From an uncultured SAR86 cluster bacterium (GTDB taxonomy: Bacteria; Pseudomonadota; Gammaproteobacteria; Magnimaribacterales; AG-339-G14): DNA of 64,000 nucleotides. Shown piece by piece: positions 9,303 through 19,556 of the stretch (its first letter is position 1; every line of letters starts with the position of its first letter). Where the stretch lies: contig CACEVU010000001.1 in the NCBI GenBank assembly GCA_902563105.1, positions 5,372-69,371 on the forward strand. The letters are read 5' to 3'. The position numbers and the translations under genes were made by a program. The notes under the pieces were generated by a model, which saw only the letters and a list, made by a program, of their open reading frames with translations, did no database searches and had not been told where the DNA came from.

Positions 9303-10322
9303 TTGATTCAGCCAGTTGATATTTCTGCTGAATCCTTAAAGTGGATATCAAAGAGCATTGGCGTATCAAATGAAGATATTCTATCCAAAGGCCAAAAACT
9401 TCGAATAGAGTCAAGTCAAAGAACATTTTTTCGTATTCCTTTCAAAGACAAAAGTTCGATATTGATGGTAGTTCCTGAAGGAATAGATGAAAGTATTGAG
9501 TCTTTTTACACAAAAGCAAAAATTTTTAAAGAGGCAAATGTTAATGTACCTGAGATTTATTTTAAAAATGACTCACTTGGAAATTTAATCGTTGAAGATT
9601 TTGGCGATGACGTTTTGCAATTTTATTTGAATGAGAAAAATTCAAATAAATTAATCAAATCAGCAATAGAACAGATTCATAAAATTGAAGCAATAGAATT
9701 AGATGAAAGCATTTTTTCTGACTTTGAAAAAATTACAGAAAATAATTTACTTCTGTTTAAAAAATTCTTTCTGGAAGAATTTTTGGAAGTGCCTGGGCTA
9801 GAAAGCTTTTATGAAGAAATTGATGAATTTTATTCGATAATTATCTCTGAGCTAAAAGATTACCCAAAAGTCATAAACCATTATGATTTTGAATCAAGAA
9901 ATTTAATGTCATTGTCAGATAAAAAAATTGGTGTAATTGATTTTCAAGATGCTTTGATAGGCCCTTTGGGCTTAGATTTAGCTTCTATATTTAAAGATCT
10001 TTATATTCAGTGGACTGATGACGAAATAAGTAATTGGCTTGATTTTTATGTTGAAAACTCTCAAATAGTCAAAAGCGCCTCACTTAAAACTTTAGAAGTT
10101 AAAAGAATGATTGATATTGCTAGTCTTCAAAGACAGACAAGGATATTGGGAAAATTATCTCAAGTATTTATAGAATTAAAGAGGTCAGAGAGATTAAAAG
10201 ATTTTAAAACCATTCTTAAATACTTAATGACTACTTCTTTAGAATATGGAGATACAAAAAGATATAGTGATTTTTTTAAAAATTTAATACCGATTTTAGA
10301 GCAACGGTTAAAAGCTTCATGA
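9303..10322 (+). CDS. amgK: Anomeric MurNAc/GlcNAc kinase AmgK-like phosphotransferase
   Basis: 339 aa with a TTG start. Kinase-like motifs HYDFESRNLM and IDFQDALIGPLGLDLASIFKD are present. It overlaps the following nucleotidyltransferase by 4 nt and diverges from lptD. This is the same arrangement as amgK-murU in Pseudomonas. Confidence 0.65.
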   Translation: MIQPVDISAESLKWISKSIGVSNEDILSKGQKLRIESSQRTFFRIPFKDKSSILMVVPEGIDESIESFYTKAKIFKEANVNVPEIYFKNDSLGNLIVEDFGDDVLQFYLNEKNSNKLIKSAIEQIHKIEAIELDESIFSDFEKITENNLLLFKKFFLEEFLEVPGLESFYEEIDEFYSIIISELKDYPKVINHYDFESRNLMSLSDKKIGVIDFQDALIGPLGLDLASIFKDLYIQWTDDEISNWLDFYVENSQIVKSASLKTLEVKRMIDIASLQRQTRILGKLSQVFIELKRSERLKDFKTILKYLMTTSLEYGDTKRYSDFFKNLIPILEQRLKAS

Positions 10323-10978
10323 AAGTATTTATTCTGGCAGCTGGTTATGGAAAGAGGCTTAGACCTTTTACAGAAAAATTACCCAAGCCATTGATTAACG
10401 TAAAAAACAAACCTCTTATTTATTGGAATCTTAAAAAAATTAAAAAAGCAGGCTTTAACAATGTAATTATAAATACGCACTACCTATCAAATAAAATTAT
10501 TAGATCGATTGGTAAAGGAGAAAAATATGGGTTGAAAATAAAATATTCTCATGAGGAAGAAATCCAAGGCACTGGCGGTGCCCTGATAAAAGCTAAAAGA
10601 CTTCTTCAAAAAAAACCTTTTTTATTACTAAGCGGAGATTTATGGAGCGATTACCCTTTTGAAAAATTTATAGACTTTAAATTAAATAACGCAGCTCATT
10701 TAATTTTCGTTGAAGGAAAAAAATCAAAAGATGCATATCTCGAAGCTGGCATCGTAAAAAATTCAAAAACAAAAAACAATTTAACTTATGCAGGTATTGC
10801 TGTAATAAATCCAAAGATTTTTAAAGGTTTCAAAGAGGATTATTATGATTTGTGGACTGATTTACTTCAAAAGAATGTAAAACAAAATGAAGTTACAGGA
10901 GAGATTCATTCAGGCGATTTAATAAATTTAAACTCAAAAAAAGAGTTGAACTTGTTAGACGGGTTAGTAGTCGAATAG
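10319..10978 (+). CDS. murU: N-acetylmuramate alpha-1-phosphate uridylyltransferase MurU-like nucleotidyltransferase
   Basis: 219 aa. It has the nucleotidyltransferase motif [21 protein letters not shown], plus GTGGAL and SGDLWSDY. It is translationally coupled to the AmgK-like gene. Confidence 0.65.
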   Translation: MKVFILAAGYGKRLRPFTEKLPKPLINVKNKPLIYWNLKKIKKAGFNNVIINTHYLSNKIIRSIGKGEKYGLKIKYSHEEEIQGTGGALIKAKRLLQKKPFLLLSGDLWSDYPFEKFIDFKLNNAAHLIFVEGKKSKDAYLEAGIVKNSKTKNNLTYAGIAVINPKIFKGFKEDYYDLWTDLLQKNVKQNEVTGEIHSGDLINLNSKKELNLLDGLVVE

Positions 10979-10991
10979 TAAACTTCTGTTT

Positions 10992-11660
10992 ATGGCCAAA
11001 CAAAAGAATGTAATCGCTCCATCAATTTTATCTGCAGATTTTTCACAGCTAGGCAAAGAAGTTGATGCTGTTTTATCGGCTGGTGCTGATTGGGTTCACT
11101 TTGATGTGATGGATAATCACTATGTACCCAATCTTACAATTGGCCCTATGGTTTGTAAGTCTCTAATTGATTATGGAATAAAAGCTCCAATTGATGTGCA
11201 TCTGATGGTTAAGCCGGTAGAAAGACTTATTGATGATTTTGCTGAAGCAGGTGCGTCTGTTATAAGTTTTCATCCAGAAGCAACAGAACATATTCATAAA
11301 TGTATTCAAACAATAAAAAATTATGATTTAAAAGCTGGCATGGTTCTTAATCCAGCTACACCTTTAAGCACAATAACTTCAATTCTGCCTGAGTTAGATT
11401 TGGTTTTACTTATGAGTGTTAATCCCGGTTTTGGAGGGCAAAAGTTCATTGACTCAACAATACCTAAAATTAAAAAGCTAAGAAAGAAAATAGATTCACT
11501 AGATAAAGAAATTAGGTTAGAAGTAGATGGAGGTATTTCAAAAGAAAATATTTCGAAGATTTCCAAGGCAGGTGCCGATACTTTTGTTGCAGGCTCTGCT
11601 ATTTTTAATACAAAAGATTACCAAGACACAATTTCAAATTTAAAATCTTTAATTGATTAA
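10992..11660 (+). CDS. rpe: Ribulose-phosphate 3-epimerase
   Basis: 222 aa. Motifs [33 protein letters not shown] and VDGG are present. Confidence 0.92.
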   Translation: MAKQKNVIAPSILSADFSQLGKEVDAVLSAGADWVHFDVMDNHYVPNLTIGPMVCKSLIDYGIKAPIDVHLMVKPVERLIDDFAEAGASVISFHPEATEHIHKCIQTIKNYDLKAGMVLNPATPLSTITSILPELDLVLLMSVNPGFGGQKFIDSTIPKIKKLRKKIDSLDKEIRLEVDGGISKENISKISKAGADTFVAGSAIFNTKDYQDTISNLKSLID

Positions 11661-12060
11661 ATTACTTTTTCTCCTCTTATTGGCCCCATTTTTAGCTAGT
11701 TCTGATAAACAATGCAGTTCAATTTCTATTGAGAAAGTAAATTTATGCGTAGAATTGGCTATTTCTCAAAGAGAAAAATCAAAAGGTCTCATGTATAGAA
11801 AAGATTTATCAAATTCAGATGGAATGTTGTTCATTTGGAAAAATGAAGGTAATAGATGCATGTGGATGAAAAATACTTATATTCCTTTAGACCTTGGTTT
11901 CTTTAGAGAAGATATGACTTTGATTGAAGTAAAGGAATTATCTCCAAAGTCGCTTAATTCTGTTTGCTCATCTGAACCTGCTAAATATGCTTTAGAACTA
12001 TCTAAAGGCTGGTTTTCTTCAAATAACGTAAAGAATAATTCAAAATTAATCCTAAATTAA
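11653..12060 (+). CDS. DUF192 family secreted protein
   Basis: 135 aa with a TTG start and the signal peptide [17 protein letters not shown]. The DGMLFIW...[15 protein letters not shown] pattern is typical of DUF192. Confidence 0.65.
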   Translation: MIKLLFLLLLAPFLASSDKQCSSISIEKVNLCVELAISQREKSKGLMYRKDLSNSDGMLFIWKNEGNRCMWMKNTYIPLDLGFFREDMTLIEVKELSPKSLNSVCSSEPAKYALELSKGWFSSNNVKNNSKLILN

Positions 12061-13509
12061 ATGAAAGAAAAGGAATTCTATAGTAAAAAAGGTACATACA
12101 ATCGCGTACCTTTATCAAAGAAAATTAAAGCTGAAAAGCTTATACCTATTGATATTTTTGATAAATTTAAGTCAAAAGGCTCTTATTTTTTAGAATCTGC
12201 TGAAGTTGACATGAAATGGGGTAGATATTCGATTATTGGATTACCCTCTGAATCTTCAATTAAAGTTAAGAATTCTGAAATTTTTCTAAATCTAAAGGGT
12301 GTCGAAGAAAAAATTTCCTCTTCTGATCCCCTAAAATTTATTGAAAATTATTTAGAAGAAAATTTTTATCCCGATACAGGAGATTTACCAATTTTTTCAG
12401 GTGGATTAGTTGGTTTTTTTGGCTACGAATCCATTAGGTTAATAGAAACTAAACTTCAAAAAACTTCAAAAAATCAAGCTCATGAAATAGAAGATATAAA
12501 TTTACTTATATCTGACAAAGTAATGATTTTTGATAACTTAGAAAAAACTTTAGAAATTGTTTTTTATTCAGATCCAAATTTAGAAAATTCATACGAAGAT
12601 ACTTTTAGTGAGATTGGTAAGTTGTTAGAAAGACTAGAATCTCAAAATGATAGCTATAATGAAGTACAACCTAAAAAAGAAATAATTTTCAAATCAAATA
12701 TGAATTTCAAACAATACTCAAAGAGTATTGAAAAAATAAAGGATTACATTATTGAAGGGGACGTTATGCAGGTCGTATTTGCTCAAGAAAGATCAGCAGA
12801 CTTTAATCTTCCTCCTTTTGAGCTTTATAAATCCCTTAGAAAATTAAATCCTTCCCCTTACATGTTTTTCTTAGATTTTGGAGATTATCAATTAGTTGGA
12901 TCATCTCCAGAAATTTTAGTAAGACTTGAGCATGGGGATATTACAGTCAGACCAATTGCTGGAACTAAACCTCGAGGACAAAACGAAAAAGAAGATCTAC
13001 AGCTCGAGGAGGAACTTAAAAATGATCCTAAAGAATTGGCAGAACATTTAATGCTGATAGATTTAGGGCGAAACGACATTGGTAGAGTTGCTGAAATTGG
13101 TTCAGTAAATACTAATGAAAAAATGGTTATTGAAAGATACTCTCATGTAATGCATTTGGTTTCCAATGTAGTTGGAAAGGTTAGAGAAAATATTTCCCCG
13201 ATAGACGCACTAAGAGCAACTTTCCCGGCAGGAACTCTGACAGGCGCCCCCAAAGTTAGAGCTATGGAAATTATTGATGAGCTAGAAGTTTCAAGAAGAA
13301 GGATATATGGCGGCGCAGTAGGGTACATATCTTGGTCGGGCAATATGGATACTGCAATTGTCATCAGAAGCGCCGTCATCAAAGATAAAAAAATATATGT
13401 TGGAGCTGGAGGAGGCATAGTTGCCGATTCTGTTGCAGAGCAGGAATGGGAAGAAGTAAACAACAAATCAATGGCAATCGTCAAAGCAATTAATAACATA
13501 GGTTCTTGA
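12061..13509 (+). CDS. trpE: Anthranilate synthase component I
   Basis: 482 aa. Motifs LESAE, SPEILV, RPIAGT, LMLIDLGRNDIGRV and GAVGY are present. It is followed by trpG, trpD and trpC. Confidence 0.92.
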   Translation: MKEKEFYSKKGTYNRVPLSKKIKAEKLIPIDIFDKFKSKGSYFLESAEVDMKWGRYSIIGLPSESSIKVKNSEIFLNLKGVEEKISSSDPLKFIENYLEENFYPDTGDLPIFSGGLVGFFGYESIRLIETKLQKTSKNQAHEIEDINLLISDKVMIFDNLEKTLEIVFYSDPNLENSYEDTFSEIGKLLERLESQNDSYNEVQPKKEIIFKSNMNFKQYSKSIEKIKDYIIEGDVMQVVFAQERSADFNLPPFELYKSLRKLNPSPYMFFLDFGDYQLVGSSPEILVRLEHGDITVRPIAGTKPRGQNEKEDLQLEEELKNDPKELAEHLMLIDLGRNDIGRVAEIGSVNTNEKMVIERYSHVMHLVSNVVGKVRENISPIDALRATFPAGTLTGAPKVRAMEIIDELEVSRRRIYGGAVGYISWSGNMDTAIVIRSAVIKDKKIYVGAGGGIVADSVAEQEWEEVNNKSMAIVKAINNIGS

Positions 13510-14076
13510 ATGTTATTGATGATCGACAATTACGATTCTTTTACTTATAACCTTGTGCAATACTTTGGAGAGTTAGGGCAAGAGGTTAAAACTTTCAGAA
13601 ACGATCAAATAACGGTAGAAGAAATAAAAAAACTTGATCCTAAATATATTGTAATTTCCCCAGGACCTTGCACTCCTAAAGAGTCTGGGATATCAATGCA
13701 AGTTATTGATTCTTTTAGGGAAAATAAGCCTATTTTAGGCGTATGTTTGGGACATCAAGCCATTGGTGCAGTCTTTGGTGCAAATATCATAAAAGCCAAA
13801 GAACTTATGCATGGCAAAACCTCTGAAATACAGCATGATGGCAATTTCTTATTTGAAGGCATGCCTGATAATTTTACTGCAACTAGATATCACTCTTTAG
13901 TTATTGAGGAAAAAACCCTTTCTGAGGATTTTATTGTGAACGCGAGAACTAGTGATGGTTCTATAATGGGAATTCAACATCGCAAATTGAATGTGAGTGG
14001 AGTTCAGTTTCATCCAGAATCAATCATGACTGAAAATGGGAAAAAGCTTCTTTCTAATTTTTTAAATACAATATGA
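13510..14076 (+). CDS. trpG: Anthranilate synthase component II (glutamine amidotransferase)
   Basis: 188 aa. Motifs IDNYDSFTYNL, GVCLGHQ (catalytic Cys) and VQFHPES are present. Confidence 0.92.
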   Translation: MLLMIDNYDSFTYNLVQYFGELGQEVKTFRNDQITVEEIKKLDPKYIVISPGPCTPKESGISMQVIDSFRENKPILGVCLGHQAIGAVFGANIIKAKELMHGKTSEIQHDGNFLFEGMPDNFTATRYHSLVIEEKTLSEDFIVNARTSDGSIMGIQHRKLNVSGVQFHPESIMTENGKKLLSNFLNTI

Positions 14077-15104
14077 ATTCAACCGAAATCATATCTAAAG
14101 TTTCTTCAAAAAATCTTTCTCAAGAGGAAACCGCACATGTCATGCAAGAAATTTTTTTAGGAAAGATTTCAGAACAAAAGATTGAAAACTTTCTTCTTAG
14201 CCTTTCAGAAAAAGGAGAAACATCTGATGAACTAACTGGAGCTGTTATGGCTATGAGAGCTGCTTCCTTAAAAGTTGATTTGAAAGAGAAAAATAATCTT
14301 GTTGACTGTTGCGGCACAGGAGGACTTGGGAAAAGTATGATGAATGTTTCCACAACTGCAGGTTTAGTGTCAGCAGCGGCAAAAGTAAAAATTGCAAAGC
14401 ACGGTAACAGAACAGCAACAGGAAAAAGTGGCAGCGCTGACGTCTTAGAAGCAGCTAACGTGAATTTAAGTCTTAGTCCAAAGCAAGTTGGCAAATGTAT
14501 TGAGGAAATTGGAATTGGATTTATGTTTGCTCAAAATTTTCACCCTGGAATGAAATATGTCATGCCAGCAAGAAAGCGAATTGCCGACAAAACTATATTT
14601 AATTTGCTTGGACCATTAACAAATCCTGCAGGTGCAAAAAGACAATGTATCGGCGTTTATGATCCTAAATGGGTTTTAACCGTTGCAGAAACTCTAAAGA
14701 ATCTTGGAACAATTAAAGCGATGGTTTTTCATTCAAAAGATGGCCTTGATGAAATTAGTTCGGTTGAAAAAACATTAGTGGCAAAATTGGAAAATAACAA
14801 AATTAAAGAATATGAAATTGATCCAAATGATTTTGATATTCATCAAGAAGATTTAAATGATCTTCAAATAGGTTCTCCCGCAGAAAGTCTGGAACTGATA
14901 AAAAAAACTCTCAATAATGAAGGTTTTAAATCGGGCGAAGATATTTCAAGTTTAAATTCTGCTGCTGTAATTTATGTATCTGATTTAGCAACTAGCTTTG
15001 AAAAAGCATTTGAAAAAGCAATTGACGTAATAAAGTCTGGATCAGCCTTAAATAAACTTAAAGAATTATCTACTTTTTCTAACAATTTTAATGAATCAGC
15101 TTGA
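14073..15104 (+). CDS. trpD: Anthranilate phosphoribosyltransferase
   Basis: 343 aa. Motifs CGTGG, KHGNR, GPLTNP and DGLDEIS are present. It overlaps trpG by 4 nt. Confidence 0.9.
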   Translation: MNSTEIISKVSSKNLSQEETAHVMQEIFLGKISEQKIENFLLSLSEKGETSDELTGAVMAMRAASLKVDLKEKNNLVDCCGTGGLGKSMMNVSTTAGLVSAAAKVKIAKHGNRTATGKSGSADVLEAANVNLSLSPKQVGKCIEEIGIGFMFAQNFHPGMKYVMPARKRIADKTIFNLLGPLTNPAGAKRQCIGVYDPKWVLTVAETLKNLGTIKAMVFHSKDGLDEISSVEKTLVAKLENNKIKEYEIDPNDFDIHQEDLNDLQIGSPAESLELIKKTLNNEGFKSGEDISSLNSAAVIYVSDLATSFEKAFEKAIDVIKSGSALNKLKELSTFSNNFNESA

Positions 15105-15873
15105 TAAAATAATAGAAACCACTAAAGAAACAGTCAAAAAGTCTAGTTCTTTTAGGTCGATTTCATCTTTAGAGGAGGATTTTGAAAAATATAATAAAAG
15201 AGGCTTTATTGAGTCAATTTCAAAGAAACTTTCTAATGAAGAAACAGCTATTATTGCTGAAATTAAGAAGGCATCGCCCAGCAAGGGCCTCATAAGGCAA
15301 AACTTTGAGCCAAAAAAAATTGCAGAGGATTATGAAGCAAATGGCGCTACCTCTTTAAGTATCCTCACAGATGAACCTTTTTTCCAAGGAAAATTGGAGT
15401 ATCTAGATATGGTAAGAAACTCCTGTTCATTACCAATTTTAAGAAAAGATTTCATGATTGATCCATATCAAATATACGAAACAAAAGCTTCAGGAGGAGA
15501 CTGCATACTTTTGATAGTTGCTGCTCTTGATCTAGAACAATTGAAGGACTTTTCTCAATTGGCAGAAGAGTTAAATCTGGATGTTTTGATTGAAGTTCAC
15601 TCTGAAGATGAATTAAATATTGCTTTGTCAATCGATCCTAAGTTGTTAGGTATAAATAATAGAGACCTTACGACATTCGAGGTTAATAAAAATTTAGCAA
15701 TTGAACTAGCTAAGAATTTATCCAAAGATGTGATTGTAGTTTCTGAGAGTGGTATAAGTTCAAGAGAAGATATCTTATCTTCCAAAGAGCAAGGCATTCA
15801 TACTTTCCTCATTGGCGAAAGTTTTATGCGAGAGCCAAGTCCAGGCGAAGCACTTCGAGAAATACTTGTCTAA
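15091..15873 (+). CDS. trpC: Indole-3-glycerol phosphate synthase
   Basis: 260 aa. Motifs IIAEIKKASPSKG, LSILTDEPFFQG, LRKDF, INNRDL and SESGI are present. Confidence 0.9.
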   Translation: MNQLDKIIETTKETVKKSSSFRSISSLEEDFEKYNKRGFIESISKKLSNEETAIIAEIKKASPSKGLIRQNFEPKKIAEDYEANGATSLSILTDEPFFQGKLEYLDMVRNSCSLPILRKDFMIDPYQIYETKASGGDCILLIVAALDLEQLKDFSQLAEELNLDVLIEVHSEDELNIALSIDPKLLGINNRDLTTFEVNKNLAIELAKNLSKDVIVVSESGISSREDILSSKEQGIHTFLIGESFMREPSPGEALREILV

Positions 15874-15876
15874 AAT

Positions 15877-17142
15877 TTACTGATTCCTTTTTCCAATGTC
15901 TTTTCTGTAAAAGGCGCCACTCCAACTAATTTTAGAAGTAGCTTCGTAAGCTTTTTCAAAAGCAGTATCTAAATCATTTCCTAATCCAGTTACACAAAGA
16001 ACCCTACCGCCATTTGAAAGAATCTCTTCTCCTTCTTTCTTGGTACCGCAATGAAATACCTTTGTAGTTTCATTCTCTTTTTTTATTCCCAAGATTGGAA
16101 AACCAGTTTCATATTTTTCAGGATAGCCTTTTGAAGCCATTACAACACCTAATGCAAATCTTTCATCCCACTCAATTTGTTCTTCCTTCAATTCTTGTTT
16201 TGCAGCCTTTAAACATAAACTAAGAAAATCGCTTTTCATTCTCATCAGTATCGGCTGAGTTTCTGGATCCCCAAACCTACAGTTGTATTCCAAGACTTTA
16301 ATTTCTTGATCATCGATCATCAAGCCAGCATATAAAAATCCTTTATATTCTATGTTTCTTCGTTTTAATTCAGCTAAGGTTGGATAAATTATTTCTTTCA
16401 TAATTTCCTCGTTTAGCTCTTTGGAAATTAAAGGAGTAGGGGAATATGCTCCCATTCCTCCTGTATTAGGCCCTTTGTCACCGTCATCTCTTTGCTTGTG
16501 ATCTTGAGAACTTGCCAAAGGAATTACACTTTCACCATCACACAAAACTATGAAACTTGCCTCTTCGCCTTTAAGGAATTCTTCAATAACAAGATTGTCT
16601 CCTGCAGAACCAAGTTTTTGATCTACCATTAAAGAATTCAGAGCTTTTAAGGCTTCTTCTTTAGAAAAGGCAACGATTACACCTTTCCCGCCAGCAAGGC
16701 CATCTGCTTTAAGGACAATTGGAATATCGCAAGTTTCTAAATATTCTCTTGCAGGCTCAGGATCTGAAAATACTTCATAAGTTGCGGTAGGAATGTTTCC
16801 TTTCTTTAAAACATCTTTCATGAAAATCTTTGAACCTTCCATTTGCGCAGCAAGTTTATTTGGACCTAAACAAAGCAAGTTATTTTTTTCAAACAAATCA
16901 ATTAGGCCTAAGACCAAGGGAGCCTCAGGACCGACAATGGTAAGGTCTATTTCTTTATTTTTTGCAAAATCCAATAGTCCGTCTAAATCTTCAGCACTTA
17001 AGCTGACGTTTTCTGCTTTCGGCTCCTCAGCAGTACCTGCATTCCCAGGAGCAACAAAAACCTTTTCACACAAATTGCTTTGAGCAAGTTTCCAAACAAG
17101 GGCATGTTCTCTTCCGCCAGAACCAATTACTAAAACTTTCAT
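15877..17142 (-). CDS. purD: Phosphoribosylamine--glycine ligase
   Basis: 421 aa. The sequence starts MKVLVIGSGGREHAL and has an ATP-grasp core (VLKADGLAGGKGV, EYNCRFGDPE). Confidence 0.92.
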   Translation of the reverse strand: MKVLVIGSGGREHALVWKLAQSNLCEKVFVAPGNAGTAEEPKAENVSLSAEDLDGLLDFAKNKEIDLTIVGPEAPLVLGLIDLFEKNNLLCLGPNKLAAQMEGSKIFMKDVLKKGNIPTATYEVFSDPEPAREYLETCDIPIVLKADGLAGGKGVIVAFSKEEALKALNSLMVDQKLGSAGDNLVIEEFLKGEEASFIVLCDGESVIPLASSQDHKQRDDGDKGPNTGGMGAYSPTPLISKELNEEIMKEIIYPTLAELKRRNIEYKGFLYAGLMIDDQEIKVLEYNCRFGDPETQPILMRMKSDFLSLCLKAAKQELKEEQIEWDERFALGVVMASKGYPEKYETGFPILGIKKENETTKVFHCGTKKEGEEILSNGGRVLCVTGLGNDLDTAFEKAYEATSKISWSGAFYRKDIGKRNQ

Positions 17143-17143
17143 A

Positions 17144-18706
17144 TCAATGTCTGAAGTGACGCATGCTGGTGAAAAACATGATCATATTAGCTTCATTAGC
17201 TGCTGCAATAACTTCTTTATCTCTTATTGATCCACCAGGTTGAATAACACATTGGATTCCATTCTTAGCAGCTTCATCAATGCTATCTCTAAATGGAAAA
17301 AATGCATCCGATGCCATAGTAGCTCCTTTAAGATTGAAACCAGCTTTTTTGGCTTTACTGACTGCAATTTCAGCACTATCGATTCTACTCATTTGACCCG
17401 CTCCAATTCCAAGAGTCATATTATTCTTTGCATAAACAATTGCATTGGATTTGACATACTTCCCTACACGCCATGCAAATAAAGCATCATTAACTTGTTT
17501 GGGAGTTGGTTTTTTCTTGGTTACTACTTTGAGATCTTTTTTTGATACCACGCCATCGTCAACATTTTGAACCAAAATGCCTTGGTTCATTGTTAAGGTT
17601 TTAAATCCAGTTGGTTTTTGAAATAAATCTTTAACTAATAAAAGACGTACATTTTTTTTTGTAGCTATTATTCTTTTTGCAGCAGGATTAATGGCTGGTG
17701 CTGCAATAACTTCAACAAATTGGTTATCGATAATTTTTTTTGCAGTAAATTTATCCAGGACTTTATTAAGAGCAATAATGCCTCCAAATGCAGAGGTTTC
17801 ATCACAAGAAAAAGCTTTCTCATAGGCTTCTAGCAATGTCTTTCCGGAAGCTACGCCACAAGGATTTGCATGTTTGACAATGACACAAGAGGGTTTTTCA
17901 AAATTTGAAACGCATTCAATGGCTGCATCGGTATCTGCAATATTATTGTAAGAAAGTTCTTTTCCTTGAATTTGCTCTGCTGAAGTGATTCCGGCTCCAA
18001 CAGATCCAGAGTTTACATAAAAATTTGCTTTTTGATGAGGATTTTCTCCATACCTTAATACTTGTTTTAGTTTATGACTGCTGAAAAAGTTTTCTGGAGC
18101 CTCATCATCATAAGTTGATAAAAAGTTTGCAATTGCAATGTCATAATTTGCTACATGTTCAAAAGCTTTCAAAGATAATTTTCTTCGAGTTTCATATGAA
18201 CACTTTCCACTTTCATTCTGTAAGTCTGTGATAAACGAATCATAAAGATTTGGAGACGAAACTACAGCTACATGGAAAAAGTTTTTAGCTGCTGATCTCA
18301 GCATTGTTGGACCTCCAATATCAATATTTTCTATTGCCTCGTCTAATTCAATGTTAGGTTTTTTTATTGTCTCTTCAAACGGGTATAGATTCACAACAAC
18401 CAGATCAATTTCTTTGATATCGTGTTTTTTTATTTCGTCTCTATCTTCTTTTCGACGAGAAAGAATTCCGCCATGAATTTGTGGAACCAAAGTTTTAACT
18501 CTACCACTCATCATTTCAGGAGAACCTGAAAATTTTTCAGCAGGAACTACTGGAATTTTATTTTTTCTTAATAATTTTTCTGTTCCCCCCGTTGATATAA
18601 TTTCTATATTCAAGTTACGGAGTTTTTTTGCAAAATCTACAATGCCGGTTTTGTCAGAAACACTGACAAGAGCTCGTTTGATTTTGATTTTACGATTTTT
18701 AGCCAT
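17144..18706 (-). CDS. purH: Bifunctional AICAR transformylase / IMP cyclohydrolase
   Basis: 520 aa. Motifs ALVSVSDK, ISTGGT, GGPTMLRSAAKN, KHANPCG and the C-terminal MRHFRH are present. Confidence 0.92.
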   Translation of the reverse strand: MAKNRKIKIKRALVSVSDKTGIVDFAKKLRNLNIEIISTGGTEKLLRKNKIPVVPAEKFSGSPEMMSGRVKTLVPQIHGGILSRRKEDRDEIKKHDIKEIDLVVVNLYPFEETIKKPNIELDEAIENIDIGGPTMLRSAAKNFFHVAVVSSPNLYDSFITDLQNESGKCSYETRRKLSLKAFEHVANYDIAIANFLSTYDDEAPENFFSSHKLKQVLRYGENPHQKANFYVNSGSVGAGITSAEQIQGKELSYNNIADTDAAIECVSNFEKPSCVIVKHANPCGVASGKTLLEAYEKAFSCDETSAFGGIIALNKVLDKFTAKKIIDNQFVEVIAAPAINPAAKRIIATKKNVRLLLVKDLFQKPTGFKTLTMNQGILVQNVDDGVVSKKDLKVVTKKKPTPKQVNDALFAWRVGKYVKSNAIVYAKNNMTLGIGAGQMSRIDSAEIAVSKAKKAGFNLKGATMASDAFFPFRDSIDEAAKNGIQCVIQPGGSIRDKEVIAAANEANMIMFFTSMRHFRH

Positions 18707-18962
18707 TCTTTATATTGTATTGTTTTAGTTTTGTTCTGAGCGTAACTCTATTTATACCTAATATTTTGCTGGCCTGAGATTTATTACCATTACAAAATTT
18801 CATCACTTCTTCAAGCATTGGTTTTTCCACCTCTTTTATAACCATTTCAAAAACATTCGTTGCTTTATTTCCATCCAATTCTTTGAAGTATCTTCTTAAA
18901 GCTAATCCAACTTGATATTTTAACGACTTTCTATCTTCTTTATTTTGATCCTTACTTCTCAT
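18699..18962 (-). CDS. fis: DNA-binding protein Fis
   Basis: 87 aa. The C-terminal helix-turn-helix reads GNKSQASKILGINRVTLRTKLKQYNI. Fis-purH-purD adjacency also occurs in Pseudomonas. Confidence 0.85.
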   Translation of the reverse strand: MRSKDQNKEDRKSLKYQVGLALRRYFKELDGNKATNVFEMVIKEVEKPMLEEVMKFCNGNKSQASKILGINRVTLRTKLKQYNIKNG

Positions 18963-19516
18963 TAATTTACGCGTGTTTGTAATTCACTTCCTGTAGATAT
19001 TAAATTTAGTTTGCCTTCTTTATTTTCTAATTCAGTAATCGAGCAATTATCAGGATAGAAAGAAACCATCCTGGGATCGTTTTTCAAAGTATTTACAACA
19101 ATATTGATAACCATGAAGTGAGAAAAAATGATTGTTGGTTCGGTAAAACTTCTTAAAGTAGAAAGAATTTTTGATTGCCATATTTGTTGAGGCTTTTCTA
19201 ATTCATTAATATTTTTCTTGAAAACTTCTTGCAACCAATTTTTTCTTTCTGACAAAGATATTCCTGGAGATGGAATTTCTCTGAAAGCCTCATTCAAAGA
19301 TAGCTGTTTATCTAAGTTTTTTTTGAAATGCAAACTAGTTTCTTGAGCTCTTTTAAGTGGACTGGAGACTAAATTGAATTGATTGAGATCTTCATTTCCA
19401 TCGAGAGTATTAAAGCTCTCCAGCGCTTGTTCTTTCCCAAGCTCGCTTAATCCTGGATCTGCTGACTGGTCCCATGATTGAGAAGCTTCACCATGTCTAA
19501 TCAGAAAAATTTTCAT
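18962..19516 (-). CDS. Histidine phosphatase family protein (SixA / phosphoglycerate mutase-like)
   Basis: 184 aa. The N-terminal IRHGEA (RHG catalytic motif), SPLKRAQET and a later FSH are present. Its stop overlaps the fis start (TAATG). Confidence 0.7.
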   Translation of the reverse strand: MKIFLIRHGEASQSWDQSADPGLSELGKEQALESFNTLDGNEDLNQFNLVSSPLKRAQETSLHFKKNLDKQLSLNEAFREIPSPGISLSERKNWLQEVFKKNINELEKPQQIWQSKILSTLRSFTEPTIIFSHFMVINIVVNTLKNDPRMVSFYPDNCSITELENKEGKLNLISTGSELQTRVN

Positions 19517-19556
19517 TTAAATAAAAACAAGCTAAATATATGCAGTAAGATAAAGT

